Source: Eledone cirrhosa
Taxonomy: Eukaryota
Length of the DNA stretch: 64,000 nt
NCBI GenBank assembly: GCA_964016885.1
Contig: OZ024742.1
Span: forward strand, 116,994,001-117,058,000
Reading direction: 5' to 3'
A program made the translations under genes and the position numbers. Each line of letters begins with the position of its first letter. Position 1 is the stretch's first letter. The notes under the pieces are model-generated. The model had not been told where the DNA came from, did no database searches, and saw nothing but the letters and a program-made list of their open reading frames with translations. Of this stretch, positions 38,136 to 52,010 are shown piece by piece.

Positions 38136-38819
38136 TCTAAGTATAACAGGTAATAAGGGAGACAACTCTGAACATGTTTCAGGTTTATTAAAATTCCGCA
38201 GCTAAACATAGATGTCTCTGTACATGCTGAAGTTAATGATTGGAGAATCACTAAATAAATGTCTAATATAATGCTAATACAATTAAAACGTGTTCTACTT
38301 ATCACACAAATATAGCTGCTTAGCGTTTTAATACACATTGCATTAAAAATGTTAACAGTAACTTATATTAGTTTAGGTTTTAATCCTGTAAAAACATGAC
38401 TAAATACTCAATGAGATTTGTAATCTAAAGAATTGGATTGTCTTAGTAATTCCTCAAACCAAGAAACTTATCAGTTTTGCCAGAATTTAAATAGGTTAAG
38501 AATTTAATATGGATTCAATGCATTAGTTCTTCTTTGATTCCATATATTTGACGTTGTCAACATTTGAATTATCTCCTCCTACAACACTTTGTTTTACCTG
38601 GTTTCATTCAATCCCCACAATTTCTTTCTTTTTCTCACTTTCTGGGATTCCTTGATGTTTTTCTTCTCTGAAAAGTCTGAATCTAATGATTTAATACTGT
38701 AAACATACATATTATACCAAGAAATAATATTCATGACAGCTACCTGAAACTAAAGTCATGACATGACAATTTTAGGCAACTTATAGTTTTGGATTCTGGA
38801 AAGATCTAAAGAGTACCAT

Positions 38820-39068
38820 GAAAATTGAAAATGTGGTAATCTCAAATGCAGGAAATATCTGTAACAACAGTTGATCATTATACATAATAGCTTAGGAAAT
38901 TCAATAAAATACCCTTGGAGATGAAACAAATGCATTCAGCAACAGCTACTGACCACGTTTTTGCCATCTCTAGGGGTATTTTACTCAATTTTCTAAGCTA
39001 TTATTTATAGCAATTAACTTTTGCTACAGTCATTTCCTGCATTTGCAATTCCCACATTTTCAAATTTC
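38820..39068. repeat. Degenerate fold-back with about 115-bp arms (MITE-like)
   Basis: aaatgcaggaaat/atttcctgcattt, ataatagcttag/ctaagctattat, taaaataccc/gggtatttta. Confidence 0.85.
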
Positions 39069-39495
39069 AAATCAACCAGCATTTTGATCATTTATAAGAC
39101 TATAAGTTAATCACTTTGATACCAACCCACTTGAATATCTTTCTTCCCCTTCAATACAAAGCTGTTTGTTTTAAGGTGATTATAATTTATCTAAAATTCT
39201 TCCATCATACATCAAAACATGTTAATGTATGCTACAAAGATGTATGCTACTAATGATAAGAAATTTAGCTATGTTACTAAAGTTTTATAAGTTCTTGCTT
39301 ATTTCAATTTTATTTGAAAATCATAATTAGTGTCTTTCATTAGTATTATAGTAATGTAAGGATGAAATAAATTACATGGTTTTGTGATTAAGAAAATTGG
39401 TTTGGTGTTTCTTGTTATTTTGTTGCCAGTTCAGGTTCACCAATAGCTTGTGAGTGGAATTTACTAAGTGGAAACCAGAACCACATGTGTGTGTG

Positions 39496-39881
<386 letters not shown>

Positions 39882-40190
39882 CTTTCACTCGTGTAGGACA
39901 TCTCATTTTTTTTCATTTAAAAAAACCCCTCATTTTCTGATATATATATATATATAAATATATTGTTTGTGAAGAAGACGGCCTGATTGAACCCATATAT
40001 GAGGTCTGATAGTATACAGTTATATAACTGCTATATATAAGAGAATATATCAATATGATCAGCCCTCTGAAGAGGGCTAGACAAGGATAATATATATATA
40101 TATATATATAACAAAGGAATTGTGGTAAGGAACCAGATAGACCATAACGCACCAGAGTACTCAATACTTAGGGTAGTAGAGTGGGAAATA

Positions 40191-40998
40191 GGAAAAAGTA
40201 TGACCCCGACAGCAGAGCTCAAGCCATTTCGACGGCTATTTCTGGACTAAATTAGAACTTTTAGCCTGGTGAATAAACAGCCAAACTTGTCAAGGGGGTA
40301 CTTCCTTATATGGGAAGATTGTAGTTGTCAAGAGGATTGGTTAAAATTTGTTGTAAACACAAATAAGTCTATCATGGCATTTGGTGGGAGGTAGGGGTGG
40401 CTGAACCTGCCTGTAGAACAATAGGGTGTGAGTGGAGCGGTCAAGCATTGAAAGTGATATGTATACAGAGCAGATTCTAAGGATAGTGTATGAAGTGGAG
40501 GAGGGAGGTTATAGAATAGGTAAATCGAATGAGAGTAGGAGACAATAAAAGATAATAGAAAAAATATATATATATAGTGAGAAATGAGTAAAAAAATCAC
40601 AATGCTATCTTACAATTACAGGTTAATAAGTTGAGAATAGAAAAAACTTGTAGAAATTGAGCAGTACCATAACTGATACAAAATTAAAGGGTTTTAACAC
40701 GTCTGCTATAAGTAGAATCTGCTGTATACATATCACTTTCAATGCTTAACCGCTCCACTCACACCCCTATTATTCTACAGGCAAGTTCAGCCACCCCTAC
40801 CTCCCACCAAATGCCACGATAGGTTATTTGTGTTTACAACAAATTTTAACCAATCATCTTGACAACTACAATCTTCCCATATAAGGAAGTACCCCCTTGA
40901 CAAGTTCGACTATTTATTCATCAGGCTAAAATTCTAATTTAGTCCAGAAATAGCCGTCCGACCGGCTTGAGCTCTGCCGTCGGGGTCATACTTTTTCC
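40191..40998. repeat. Inverted duplication, about 290-bp arms and 230-bp spacer, between (TA)n tracts (Penelope-like inverted terminal repeats?)
   Basis: 40191-40479 vs 40713-40998; arm carries agcctgatgaataaatagtcgaacttgtc on the minus strand. Confidence 0.9.
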
Positions 40999-42452
40999 GA
41001 TATATATATATAGACAGCAAATTGGCAGAGTCTGTCAGAATGCTTTCTGGTATTCATTCCAGTTCTCTGAGTTCAAATCCTGGCAAAGTCAACTTTAAAA
41101 AAGTACCAGTCTAGTACTGGGTTGTCGATTCTACCTCTCTCCGGAAAAAAATCTGCTATACTCAGGCCTGGAGAGGGATGGGCTCCACCAGGCTTAAAAT
41201 GTCAATACAGCACCCCTACAACTCTATCAAAGAGTTAAGGGACTATATATACATACACATATAAATACACGCACGCGCACACACACACACACACACACAC
41301 ACATGTATATATAGTTGAAGGTTAGGAAAAAAAGAGAGTACAATCCCACAGTATTATTAGTTTCATGCTTGTGGGAAAAGAAAAAGTATGTCTCAACATA
41401 TTGAACGTTAGTCCTTCGTCAAGAAAAAGTAAAGTTAAGAGAAAGAAAGGGTTTTAAAAGAAAGTAAAAAAGAAAAAAACGGGAATGGAAGAGTTATCAG
41501 TAGATGTATGTGGGGATGTATATTGTTCTGTCTATATGCAGGTGTGTGTGTGCAGTAGTAGTGCAGATCATCAGGGTTAATCAGTGGTACTGCTAAGGGT
41601 GTACTGATAAGGTGTCTCTTTTATGCAAGTATTGATCTAGTTTTTGTAAACATGAATGCATCAAGTGTGTATGCCTGTCAAATTGTGTCTCAGTTGTAAC
41701 ACATAGATGTGTAAGGTGTGGGAGATGTCATTAGGCATGTTTTATGTGTTTACATTGTGGTACGTGTGTATGTTTGTTTTCTAAGCAATTGTTATTTAAT
41801 ACAATCAGTATCTAAATTATTATTAGGCATAATAGAATTTTTTCCATTTTCAGATTCCTTTATGTTTTTCAGCACAAGCTATCATATTGAAGTGTCCCCG
41901 TGTTTTCTGTTGGCAAGTTAGAAAGCATATGATCAAAATATTCTTGATCAGAAAATGACCTCCATTCTTACCCACATTAACACCTCATCACGCATTGCAA
42001 ACATGCTTTCTTAAGAACACTCTACATTGAAATTCTTGCAGTTTTTCTTGTTTTACAAGTGAGAAAAGCAAGTGATCTATTTACTTTTCTTTTCTCATTC
42101 TATCTCTTTTTTATCATAGTAATTTAAAACATCGTGTATATTAAAATCCCATCTATTTTATAATAATAATCTCCTTATAATATATAATCAGCAATTTCTC
42201 TGTCTGTCTGTCCGACAGTGGAAACACGTGCGCGCGTGGTTGCTATCTCTCTCTCTCTCTCCAGCTATCCCTCTCTTTTAGTCTGTCTGTTTCTCTCACT
42301 CTCACTCTTTCTCTTTGTAACACACTAACATTCCTCCCCTCTATCGCTGTGACGAATGGGGAGATGGAGGAGGAGGAGGAGAGAGTCACTTCGTCACTTC
42401 ACCTCTGCCTTTCTTTCTCTCCCCTCTCACTCCCTCATTACGTACAGACATT

Positions 42453-42646
42453 AGGGCGGTGGATTGGCAGAATCTGTAGAGAGTCGGACACCATGCTTCA
42501 TAGCATGGAGTTACGTCCCTTTACGGTCTGAGTTCAAATACCGCCGAGGTTAACTTTGCCTTTCATCTTCACGGGGTCGATAAAATAAAGTACTAGTAAT
42601 GTACTGGGTAATTGCTGGCCTTGTGCCAAAAGTAGAAACAATTATT
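42453..42646 (+). mobile_element. Full-length SINE family A
   Basis: ggcggtggattggcagaatc head, gagttcaaataccgcc B box, central domain, aattatt end. Confidence 0.95.
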
Positions 42647-42765
42647 AGAAACATTGCTTCATTTTTACATATCTAAGCATTAGTAAAATAACTAATAATT
42701 TCAAAAGTAATTTTTCAATTCCAATTGTTATGAACAGCAAAACATTAATAATAATTTTGTTCTAA

Positions 42766-43058
42766 GAAATATATATACATTTCTGTGTGTGTAATATATA
42801 TATATATACACACAGAAATATATATACATTTCTGTGTGTGTAATATATATATATACACACAGAAATATATATACATTTCTGTGTGTGTAATATATATATA
42901 CACACACAGAAATATATATATATACACACAGAAATATATATACATTTCTGTGTGTGTAATATATATATATATATACACACAGAAATATATATACATTTCT
43001 GTGTGTGTAATATATATATATATACACACACAGAAATATATATACATTTCTGTGTGTG

Positions 43059-43137
<79 letters not shown>

Positions 43138-43140
43138 AAT
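42766..43140. repeat. Palindromic minisatellite, unit about 47-51 bp, six full units plus partials
   Basis: agaaatatatatacatttctgtgtgtgtaa(ta)n cacac repeated. Confidence 0.95.
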
Positions 43141-43688
43141 ATATGGGCACTTCTCTGTTTGTCTGTCTGTCTGTCTGTCTGTCCTTCCCTAAAAGTCAAA
43201 TGTAGGTGCTACAGAAATATTACCTTCCCCTTCCTTTCTCCACTTTGGTACTACCAAGAGAAACAATGTCGCTATAGAAACATTACCTTCCCCTCTCCAC
43301 TGACTTTGGTCACTGAGGCCGAGGGAATCGCTGGTTGCTATAGAGACACCTTGCACAAGCCAGAAGTTACCAGTTCGAGGCGGTTCTGACTTGACACCAT
43401 GCCAAGGACCATTTGAAGATATATTTCCATCGTTATATCATAACGTTTATGTATCATAACGTTTATATTTCCGTCACTAATCTCTTTTTCTCCTTTTTCG
43501 TTTTAACATATATTTATTTCAAAGATTTCACCGTATAGATAACATATATATTTATACATGCATAAAAGACACACCGAGAGACGGTGAACATGTGGTGCCG
43601 AAAACATTTCTCATCCAAATCTCAACAATATCAGTATATACACTAGATTTGCTAGCAGAAAACCGCCCACCGGGTGGTTTTCTGCTAG

Positions 43689-44279
43689 TCTATATATATA
43701 AAACTGACGATGTCTGTCTGTGTGTGTGTGAGTTGGAATCCCTATAACTAGAGAAGCACCCAACTGACTGTTTTCAAACTTTACACATGTAATACTTATG
43801 TTTCAGGGAATGTTCTGAGCAAAAGAATTTCAAATTGTCAATGCCCTAGGGACCGCATTAGGCGATTTAGCGATCTCTCTCTATAATTCTTAGTCTTTCT
43901 CTTTTTAGATAGATACATACATATGACGTCGTGCCCTTATAATATCTGTCTGTATGTCTGGCTGTCTGCATTATATCACTTCCTACAATTCGCTCTGTGA
44001 CCAGAACGCGCCCTTATAATATCTGTCTGTATGTCTGGCTGTTTGCTGTCTCCGGTTATTCAGCCACCCTTGCTCAAGACAAATCTCACACTCATTCCCC
44101 AAACAGTTGGTAAGTGCACACAACTTCTTCCTCATGTTTTAAGCCACAGTGTTGCTTAGTTACGTACCACCAGACCCTTACTTCTTTGCCAGCCATGGTT
44201 ATGGCAATACTAAGCTTAGCTAAGGTGGTTATATATTTCACAATACCTTATCCCGTGCAACGCCGAGTACCACAGCTAG
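43689..44279 (+). mobile_element. Non-autonomous Helitron (about 590 bp)
   Basis: 5' TCTATATATATAAAA then (TGTC)/(TG) microsatellite; 3' cccgtgcaacgccgag hairpin and CTAG|T; internal 33-bp direct repeat at about 43933 and 44010. Confidence 0.85.
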
Positions 44280-44280
44280 T

Positions 44281-45372
44281 AATGAATAAAAATGAAAATT
44301 GTATACAGTGCTCAGGTACACTATAACTCATCAAAGGTGCATGTATTGTACATAATTGTTTCTACTTTTGGCTCAAGGCCAGCAATTACACAGTGCATTA
44401 CTGGTACTTTATCCGTAAGGATGAAAGGCAAAGTTAACCTCGGCGGGATTTGAACTCAGAATGGCAAGGGCCGCAACTCTATGCGTCAAAGCATGGTGTC
44501 TAAAATAATGTACAAATATACTAAATATACTAAAATAATGTACAAATGTCAGGAAAGTGAACAGTGTATGAGTCATGATATACATACGTATGCATGTTTG
44601 TATCCACGAAGGTAGAGTTACGATTTTAGGAATATGATTGGGACTATATGGATGAGGAAAGCACGATCCAGAGAGGAATAGACGGCGAACTGTGACCAGC
44701 GGCGCCGAATGGATGCCCGACAGACTTGTCGGTCAAGGTGATCAAGGTGACATGCTTGTGTATGGTGGGGGAATATCAGGTGTAGTGTTGGCGAATTTCA
44801 GGAGGCATGGAAATTTTGAAGGATGCAGTGTCCCGACAGCTAACAACTGATGCAGGCAGTTTGTTCCCTGCTTCAGCAACTCTGAGCATGAACAAATGTT
44901 TCTGAAAGTCATAGGAGCTGTGCTGTTTTCTGACTTTGTAGGCATGCCCACGGGTGTTAGACACATGGAATTCAAAAAGGTGCTCAGGCTCGTTGTTGGC
45001 AAGATGGTTAATAATTTTGTAGGTGTTTATCAAGTCATTTGCCAGATGTCGGAGCTTCAATGTATGCATGCTCAGGGAAGCAAGGCATTCAGAGTATGGT
45101 AGTTGCATTATTGAGGGTATTTGCTTGGTTACACATCTCTGAACAGTTCCCAGGAGGTCAATATTCTGAGCAAGATAAGGTTTCCAGACTAGTGATGCAT
45201 ATTCTATGTGGCCGCACCATAGCTATATACAGCTTCAAATAGCTAGCCGCAGAGCGGCTGACAAAGGTCTTACTGAGAGATGCTAAGGCACCCTCAGCCT
45301 TCTTGTCAATTTTAGAGATGTGCTTTGTCCAACACAAATAGCTTAGCTGCTGACAGTAATGCCCAGGTTACA
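44281..45372 (-). mobile_element. 5'-truncated CR1-clade LINE (RT C-terminus and 3' UTR) with a SINE in the 3' UTR
   Basis: LYIAMVRPH.EYASLVW; ORF 44776..45108 LPYSECLASL...DLINTYKI...TRGHAYKV...RVAEAGNKLPASVV...SFK. Confidence 0.9.
44353..44502 (-). mobile_element. SINE family A nested in the CR1 3' UTR
   Basis: ggatgaaaggcaaagttaacctcggcgggatttgaactcaga. Confidence 0.9.
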
Positions 45373-46809
45373 TTCTCAAAATGAAATTGAATACATATAG
45401 TCCATATTTAGATAGTTTTTGCTGAAAATTTATCTGAAGAAATTCCATTATGACTTTAAAAATTTAAATCTATAAAAGTTTTTTTTTGTTGGGCCCACAG
45501 AGCTGATATATGTAAACCTAATTCTCTTAATATTTCTAAAATTGTCTATGTTATTCCAATCATATTACTGTTGTTTAGCCACAAGCTCAAGTAGACATAT
45601 ATGATCAAAAGCATTCCGACTATGAACCTTTCATACAGGCTCTCTCACTGGCTTGACTAATTGTCTTTGAAGACAACTTAAACAAACGAAGACCCCTTTA
45701 TATATCTACATAAATACAGCAAGCCCCAACACAATAGCAACTAACCTCCAAATTATACACTAGTAATCTACAAATCCTCGTAGTACAATTACATCAACTC
45801 AGTTTTATCCAACATATTCAAAAATAAAAACTCTTTTGTAGAACTAAAGTATCCAAATACACACATAATACTTAACATATAATAGGATTTTCTTAAGCAA
45901 ACTTATAACATATAATAATTAATACTGCAACAATATATATAACTATAAGCGGATGATTACAACCCCACCCCCACCCATGCACACACAAAGGATTATGAAA
46001 CATATGTAGCAATTTAACTAAATAGATAAGTAGAGAGATCCTATAAACAGCATCATTGTAATCCTCCTCATCTCTTCCTTTTATACAGTTTTCCCATGAT
46101 TACATGGGTTGAACAGATCTTATCCAGCAGAGCTTCCTTCTTCCTATTGCACTCTTTTGTCATTTCCTTTGTGAGGTCATCGCTCAGCAATTCTATTCAG
46201 GTTTTCCTTGATCTTCCTTTACTGCAAGTTCCTTCCATTTGGAGCTTGTGACAACACTTCATCAACTAATCATTATCTAAATGAAGTACATGGCCATTCC
46301 AGCAGTCTTTTCTCTTGCACACTATATTTGTTTCCTCTTATACTCAGTTTGTCTCTCAACTCATCCATGCATCACCATTTGAGCATATTAACAACCACAC
46401 ATCCATCCTATGTACTACTGTTTCACTTCCATACAGCATTGCACTTCACATAGATGCATCAGGAATAAAACACCAATAATGATTTTTAAAAATTATATAT
46501 CATATACAATTTTATTAGACATGCCCTAATGATTAGGGACTTGGACTCACAAAATTTAGATTCATGAGTTCAGTTCTCAGACTGCATGGGACATTATCTT
46601 CTTGGTTAGGAACATTATTTAATAGCATTGTGATACATTAAATTTAGGAATGTAGATTAATTTTTATCATGCTAGAATTGTTCTGATTTACTGATATTTG
46701 GCATTAGAAGTTACCATTCTATGACAAGAGTCATAAAACAATGTTTAGCATGTTTCATCATGCACGTATTTCAGTTGTTTTTTTTAATTTAATCTTATCA
46801 CACTTTTAA

Positions 46810-46852
<43 letters not shown>

Positions 46853-46885
46853 TTATAAAGTTTGTGATGTATGTATATATATATT

Positions 46886-46953
<68 letters not shown>

Positions 46954-47064
46954 TACATACATACATGAGTTCATTGCCATTGCAAACCATCACTAGTTCC
47001 CTCAGATTCTGGATTCCACCTATACATATATATGTGTGAGTGTGTGTGTATATGTATGTGTGTG

Positions 47065-47113
<49 letters not shown>

Positions 47114-47894
47114 GTGTGTGTGTGTAAGTATATATATATAAGTGTGTGTATGTATGTATATATGTGTGTGTGTATGTATATGTGTGTGTGTGTATGTATA
47201 TGTGTGTGTGTGTGTGTGTTTTGCTATAATGTTGAATGCAAGCTGGCATGTGAAATAGTAATCAATCTTATTAGAAGTTACTTTTTCACTTCTTATCAGA
47301 TTATAAAATTATTGTATTTCAACATGAACTCAGGTTTCTCCATAAAAAATGTCAGAACTTAATACACTTAACCATTTATAGATCATACATGAAAGAAATC
47401 ACAGGAGAGTATCAAATAACCACAATATGGTTGATGGAAAGTACCTCAGGGGTGTGGTTGCAAGCTGCTCTTTGAAATTCACTAATTCACATTTGGAGTG
47501 AGGACAAAAATTGTTAATTGAATAAAAGCTAGCTATAACAAAAATAACAAAGAAATCATTGTAACATCTGACATACGCCAATCTCTATATTCTATACCTA
47601 ATTTTTATTCATGAGATTCATCATAATAAACAAAACCATGATATCAACTGACATTCTTGTTAAACCAATAGATTGAGGACATTGAAGCCAATTATATGTT
47701 TACTAGCAGTAGTACCCACAGTGTTCAAAAAAGGGATGACTCTGTCAGCAGGCAATTTCTTGGAAAAATAATAATTGCAACTCTGTATAAATATATTATT
47801 TTAAATTTATATTCTCTGTATGTGTTCTTGCTTTGCTCCTATAAAATAGTAGCACAGCAAATGAATATCAAGTAAATAAGCGTTGGCATCAATA

Positions 47895-48113
47895 GATTAA
47901 AGATCCCATAACTCCTTGTAGAGTCGTTGAGGCACCGTCATATGGCGTATCTAGGGCACTTTTAAACTTGGCAAAACTCCGACCTCTCCAGGTCTGAACA
48001 CAGCCGATATTTTCTATAGAGGAAAAATTGACCCCAGTACTGCACTGGTACTTTGTTTATCAACCTTGAAAGGATGAAAGTTAAAGTTGATCACGATGGG
48101 ATTTGAACTCAGA
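47895..48113 (-). mobile_element. SINE family A head/central domain with an alternative 3' tail (homologue at about 41015-41245, +)
   Basis: Both copies continue with ..cctggagagg..ttaaaa..actcta..gagtta.ggga instead of the usual tail. Confidence 0.6.
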
Positions 48114-49109
48114 GCACCCACTGAGGTGGGAACTGAAATTAAATCAGTAAAAGAGCTGATTCATTTCTTTTTTGTTATTGTTCTTTTACTTTCTTAATTA
48201 TATGGAACTAAAATGTCCCTGCACCTCATCACCCTTGAACATGAACAGCACACAATTAGATGAGTCTTCGCATTGCCTTCAAATGTTAAGCCTCAATCTC
48301 ACTAAGGGCATCTCATTGTGAACAGGCATATTAAACTTAGTTAGAAATGTATCTAACAGACCAACCTTTCTCTTCAAATCCCAACAATTTCTGACCCTCT
48401 CAATATTCAGGTAAAACTCATAAGGGGTAGTGCTCTCATGTCTCGCACAATGCTTCTGCCACACTTATATGTATCCCAGACTACACCCAGAAAAAGGCCA
48501 CTTGTCTGATTGGCATGAAATTAGTGACAAACATGCTCCAGACTCGGTCTTATATTCCTATCACTTTTTTAATGGCATCTGCTTCTCAGAGAGATTGTAC
48601 TTTTAATTCAATTACATGTCACATACTGCATCATGCTGATACTACATTGGAGGTGTATCTGTCTGTAGTTTTCTCAAGCACATATAATTAATTCTCAAAT
48701 CAATCATATTCAAGATGCATTAAGTAAAGTTTGAATTTTTGAAAGTGTTTTAGCTTACAGAAAATTGCTTCAGTGCTGGTTTGTTGATCATGAAAACAGT
48801 CAAACGACCCAGATATGAAACAAGAGGACAGTGAGTTCAAATCCCACAGGTGATACTTTCCACTTTTCTATTCCTGGGAAAGCAGCTACTTTAAGCTAAC
48901 ATAGTTTCAAAAGTTAATTCAGAAGTCAAACACTGAGTTTATTGAACAGATAAATGCTCATTGTCAAAACTGACAGATGATCAATCATTTAGTATTCGTT
49001 TTTATGTAAAATGAGTGAGATTTGAAGGAGAAATGGCTGATATTTCTAGCATATTGCGCAACCATATAGAGACATTTTGGATGGCACAATAGTTGTTATA
49101 CATGTTTTT

Positions 49110-49290
49110 AAGCACAAGATAAGCAGGCATATGATCAGGAACTAGCTTTTTTCAGGTAAAGGAAATTAGGACTACATTATCCAATGAGTGTTCTCCTTTT
49201 TTTTTTTTTAGAAATTAGGGTATCATGTAAGTAAGATTTAGCTGCTATTTCTAGCAGATTTGTCAGCCACGTATAGGGTTCCCTATTAAC
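49110..49290. repeat. Old abundant interspersed repeat (gattt.gctgctatttctagca motif)
   Basis: Related copies near 8520, 15545, 16660, 34300, 34915, 49015 and 52100, in both orientations; class unknown. Confidence 0.6.
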
Positions 49291-49826
49291 TAAAGAGACT
49301 AATAAGCCTGAAGTTGTACTAGTAGTAATAATATGATTTTAAAAAATATAAAATGAAAACATCATAACACACAATTAAGATTTTGAAATGAATAAATTTC
49401 ATTTCTTTTTTTTTTTTTTTTTTTCTGATCATAATATCATTGATATAATAGATCTCTCATACAATTTCAAAAATGACTGTTAGCAATTGTGGAGAATTGT
49501 TTTAAAACAGTTGTAGCAGAACTGAATGATATGTTACTTTTTATATAATCCGTTATAATATTGCCAACAAAAATTCTAGTTTTCCTTTATTGAATGATTC
49601 TTCAAATAGTCAACATAACAAAAGAAAGAAAAGAAGAAAGAAAACTGAAACATATGAGAATTATTCCGATCTTGCAAACGGAAATTTTAACAAAGGCTAT
49701 TAAAGAAAAAAATATAAAATATTTAGAAAAATACATATCAAAATACATTTTCAAAATATTTTCTTTTGATTTTATCATATCGTTTTCATTCATGCATTTA
49801 TTTATATATTTATGTCCCCCTCTCTT

Positions 49827-49857
<31 letters not shown>

Positions 49858-49899
49858 GTATGTATGTGTATGTATGTGTATGTATGTAAATGTATTTAC

Positions 49900-49941
<42 letters not shown>

Positions 49942-50002
49942 ATGTATATATAAGTATATATGTATATGTGTGTATATATGTATATATGTATGTGTGTGTA
50001 TA

Positions 50003-50041
<39 letters not shown>

Positions 50042-50335
50042 GTTTATACATGTTCATTTATTTATTTATTCATTGGTTGTAATAGAAATCAAGGTTTCAT
50101 TTATTGAGTGCGCTATTCTTTAAATGGTTTGAGACAAAAGCAAAACTGTTTTAAACCTTCCATTTGAATATTTATTTGTCTATTGTCTGAAACATTAGGA
50201 AATTCTATTATAAACAACCATTGATGGTTGTTTATAATGCTTGTATGAAACATTATGAAACTATATAATAAACACTCACTGATGATTGATTGTTTATAAT
50301 GAAGTTTGAAACATAAGAAAAATAGATTTTTTATG

Positions 50336-50389
<54 letters not shown>

Positions 50390-50402
50390 CACATACACAT
50401 AT

Positions 50403-50450
<48 letters not shown>

Positions 50451-50550
50451 TACACATATATATATATATATACACATACATATATATATATGTATATATG
50501 TATGTATATATATCCATATAAGCATGGAAAATATATGTACAAGAGTGCTG

Positions 50551-50598
<48 letters not shown>

Positions 50599-51159
50599 AT
50601 CATTTATATGTCAGTATATTTACTATTATTTAAGAAAAAAAAGTAATATTTTCTAAACATTCTATCCTTCAGTTGCTAATGCAACATTTCAATGAGTTCT
50701 ATTGCTGATGGTTATAGAAATATTTAGCTGCGTCTTTTTATTGCATATATAAAATGATCTGTGTTATTCATTTTCCCCTTTATATTCATTTTAATTTGGT
50801 GAATGAGTTTGGATAAATTTGTAAAGTTAGAAATTGGTTTAGGAGTCTGTACAAAAATAAGCAACAAACCTTGATTGCAATATATATTTATATAATATGT
50901 ATATATGGTCACAGTGGGACTATAATTTATTTTCATATATCAGTTCAACAAAGGCAAGTTGAGTAACATAACATGATCATCAACATCATGTTTCATCCAT
51001 TTAGCCATGTTATCATCAAACGTATATAGGAATACAGATCCACACACATGCACACACACATGTATGTGTGTGTCTATATATATATATAATATCATCACCC
51101 TCATTTAACATTCATTTTCCATGCTAGCATGGGTTAGATGATATATATAAACACGCTCA

Positions 51160-51275
<116 letters not shown>

Positions 51276-51784
51276 ATATTAGAATTCAGAGATTAAATGA
51301 GTTCAGTTGAAATAACCAATGGAGTATGACTGCAGGAAAAATATTCACCCATACGTTTTTATATTCAAGCAATCTAAATCTAGGAGGTGTATATTATTTG
51401 AATTGACAAAATCATTAGAGCAAAATACCTTGCAATATTTATTCCTGACCTTTACATTCTGAATTCTAATTTAACTATGGTCATTTATTAGATTAAACAT
51501 AATTCATTGACATAGTCAAATATAGAAAGGTTTATTACTTGATTATGATATCAGTTTTGACTTTATTAATTTGAATTAACCCACTTGTGGGCATCAGTTC
51601 CATGACAAATGCTATTTTTGTTGCTGTTGTTTAGAATCAAGTCAGCCCTGACTGGACACATTTATTATGAAAGATTTTCCAGCTATGATCACCTCATCTA
51701 TTCAGATATTGTTGGACCTCCATTGGTTCTGATGAGTGTTATATTTGTTTTGGAGCAGACTGATCATGAAATGATTGTAAAAGG

Positions 51785-52010
51785 TGCTGAGTGTTCCATA
51801 GATACATACACCCTTAATGTAGTTCACAAAGAGATTTGGTATGACAGAGTGGGTGAACAGGCAGGCCCATTGAAGTAGATATAACTCATTTTTGTCAGCT
51901 GAGTAGACTGGTGCAGTGTGAAATAAAGTACCTTGTTCAAGGACACTACTAAGTAATCAAACTCTTAGCCTTATGATCATGACTAGCAACTAAGCCACAC
52001 CCCTTCACAT
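51785..52010 (-). mobile_element. Older SINE with a family B head and a different body
   Basis: cagctgagtagactgg..gtgaaataaagtaccttgttcaaggacac..ctaagccac; body related to about 5735-5845, 14550-14640 and 57600-57680. Confidence 0.65.

Larger units (their letters stand above)
42170..43688 (+). mobile_element. Helitron-like non-autonomous (possibly composite) element containing a SINE and a minisatellite
   Basis: a|TC start followed by (TGTC)n at 42170; second similar head near 43140; 3' GC hairpin followed by CTAG at 43685-43688. Confidence 0.55.

Noticed and set aside
42766-43140. Palindromic repeats with spacers resembling a CRISPR array
   Set aside because: Spacers are only (TA)n, there are no cas genes and the context is eukaryotic
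48240-48690. Possible LINE C-terminal relic (similar faint relics at about 15000-15350 and 53570-54830)
   Set aside because: Too degenerate to assign a family by eye
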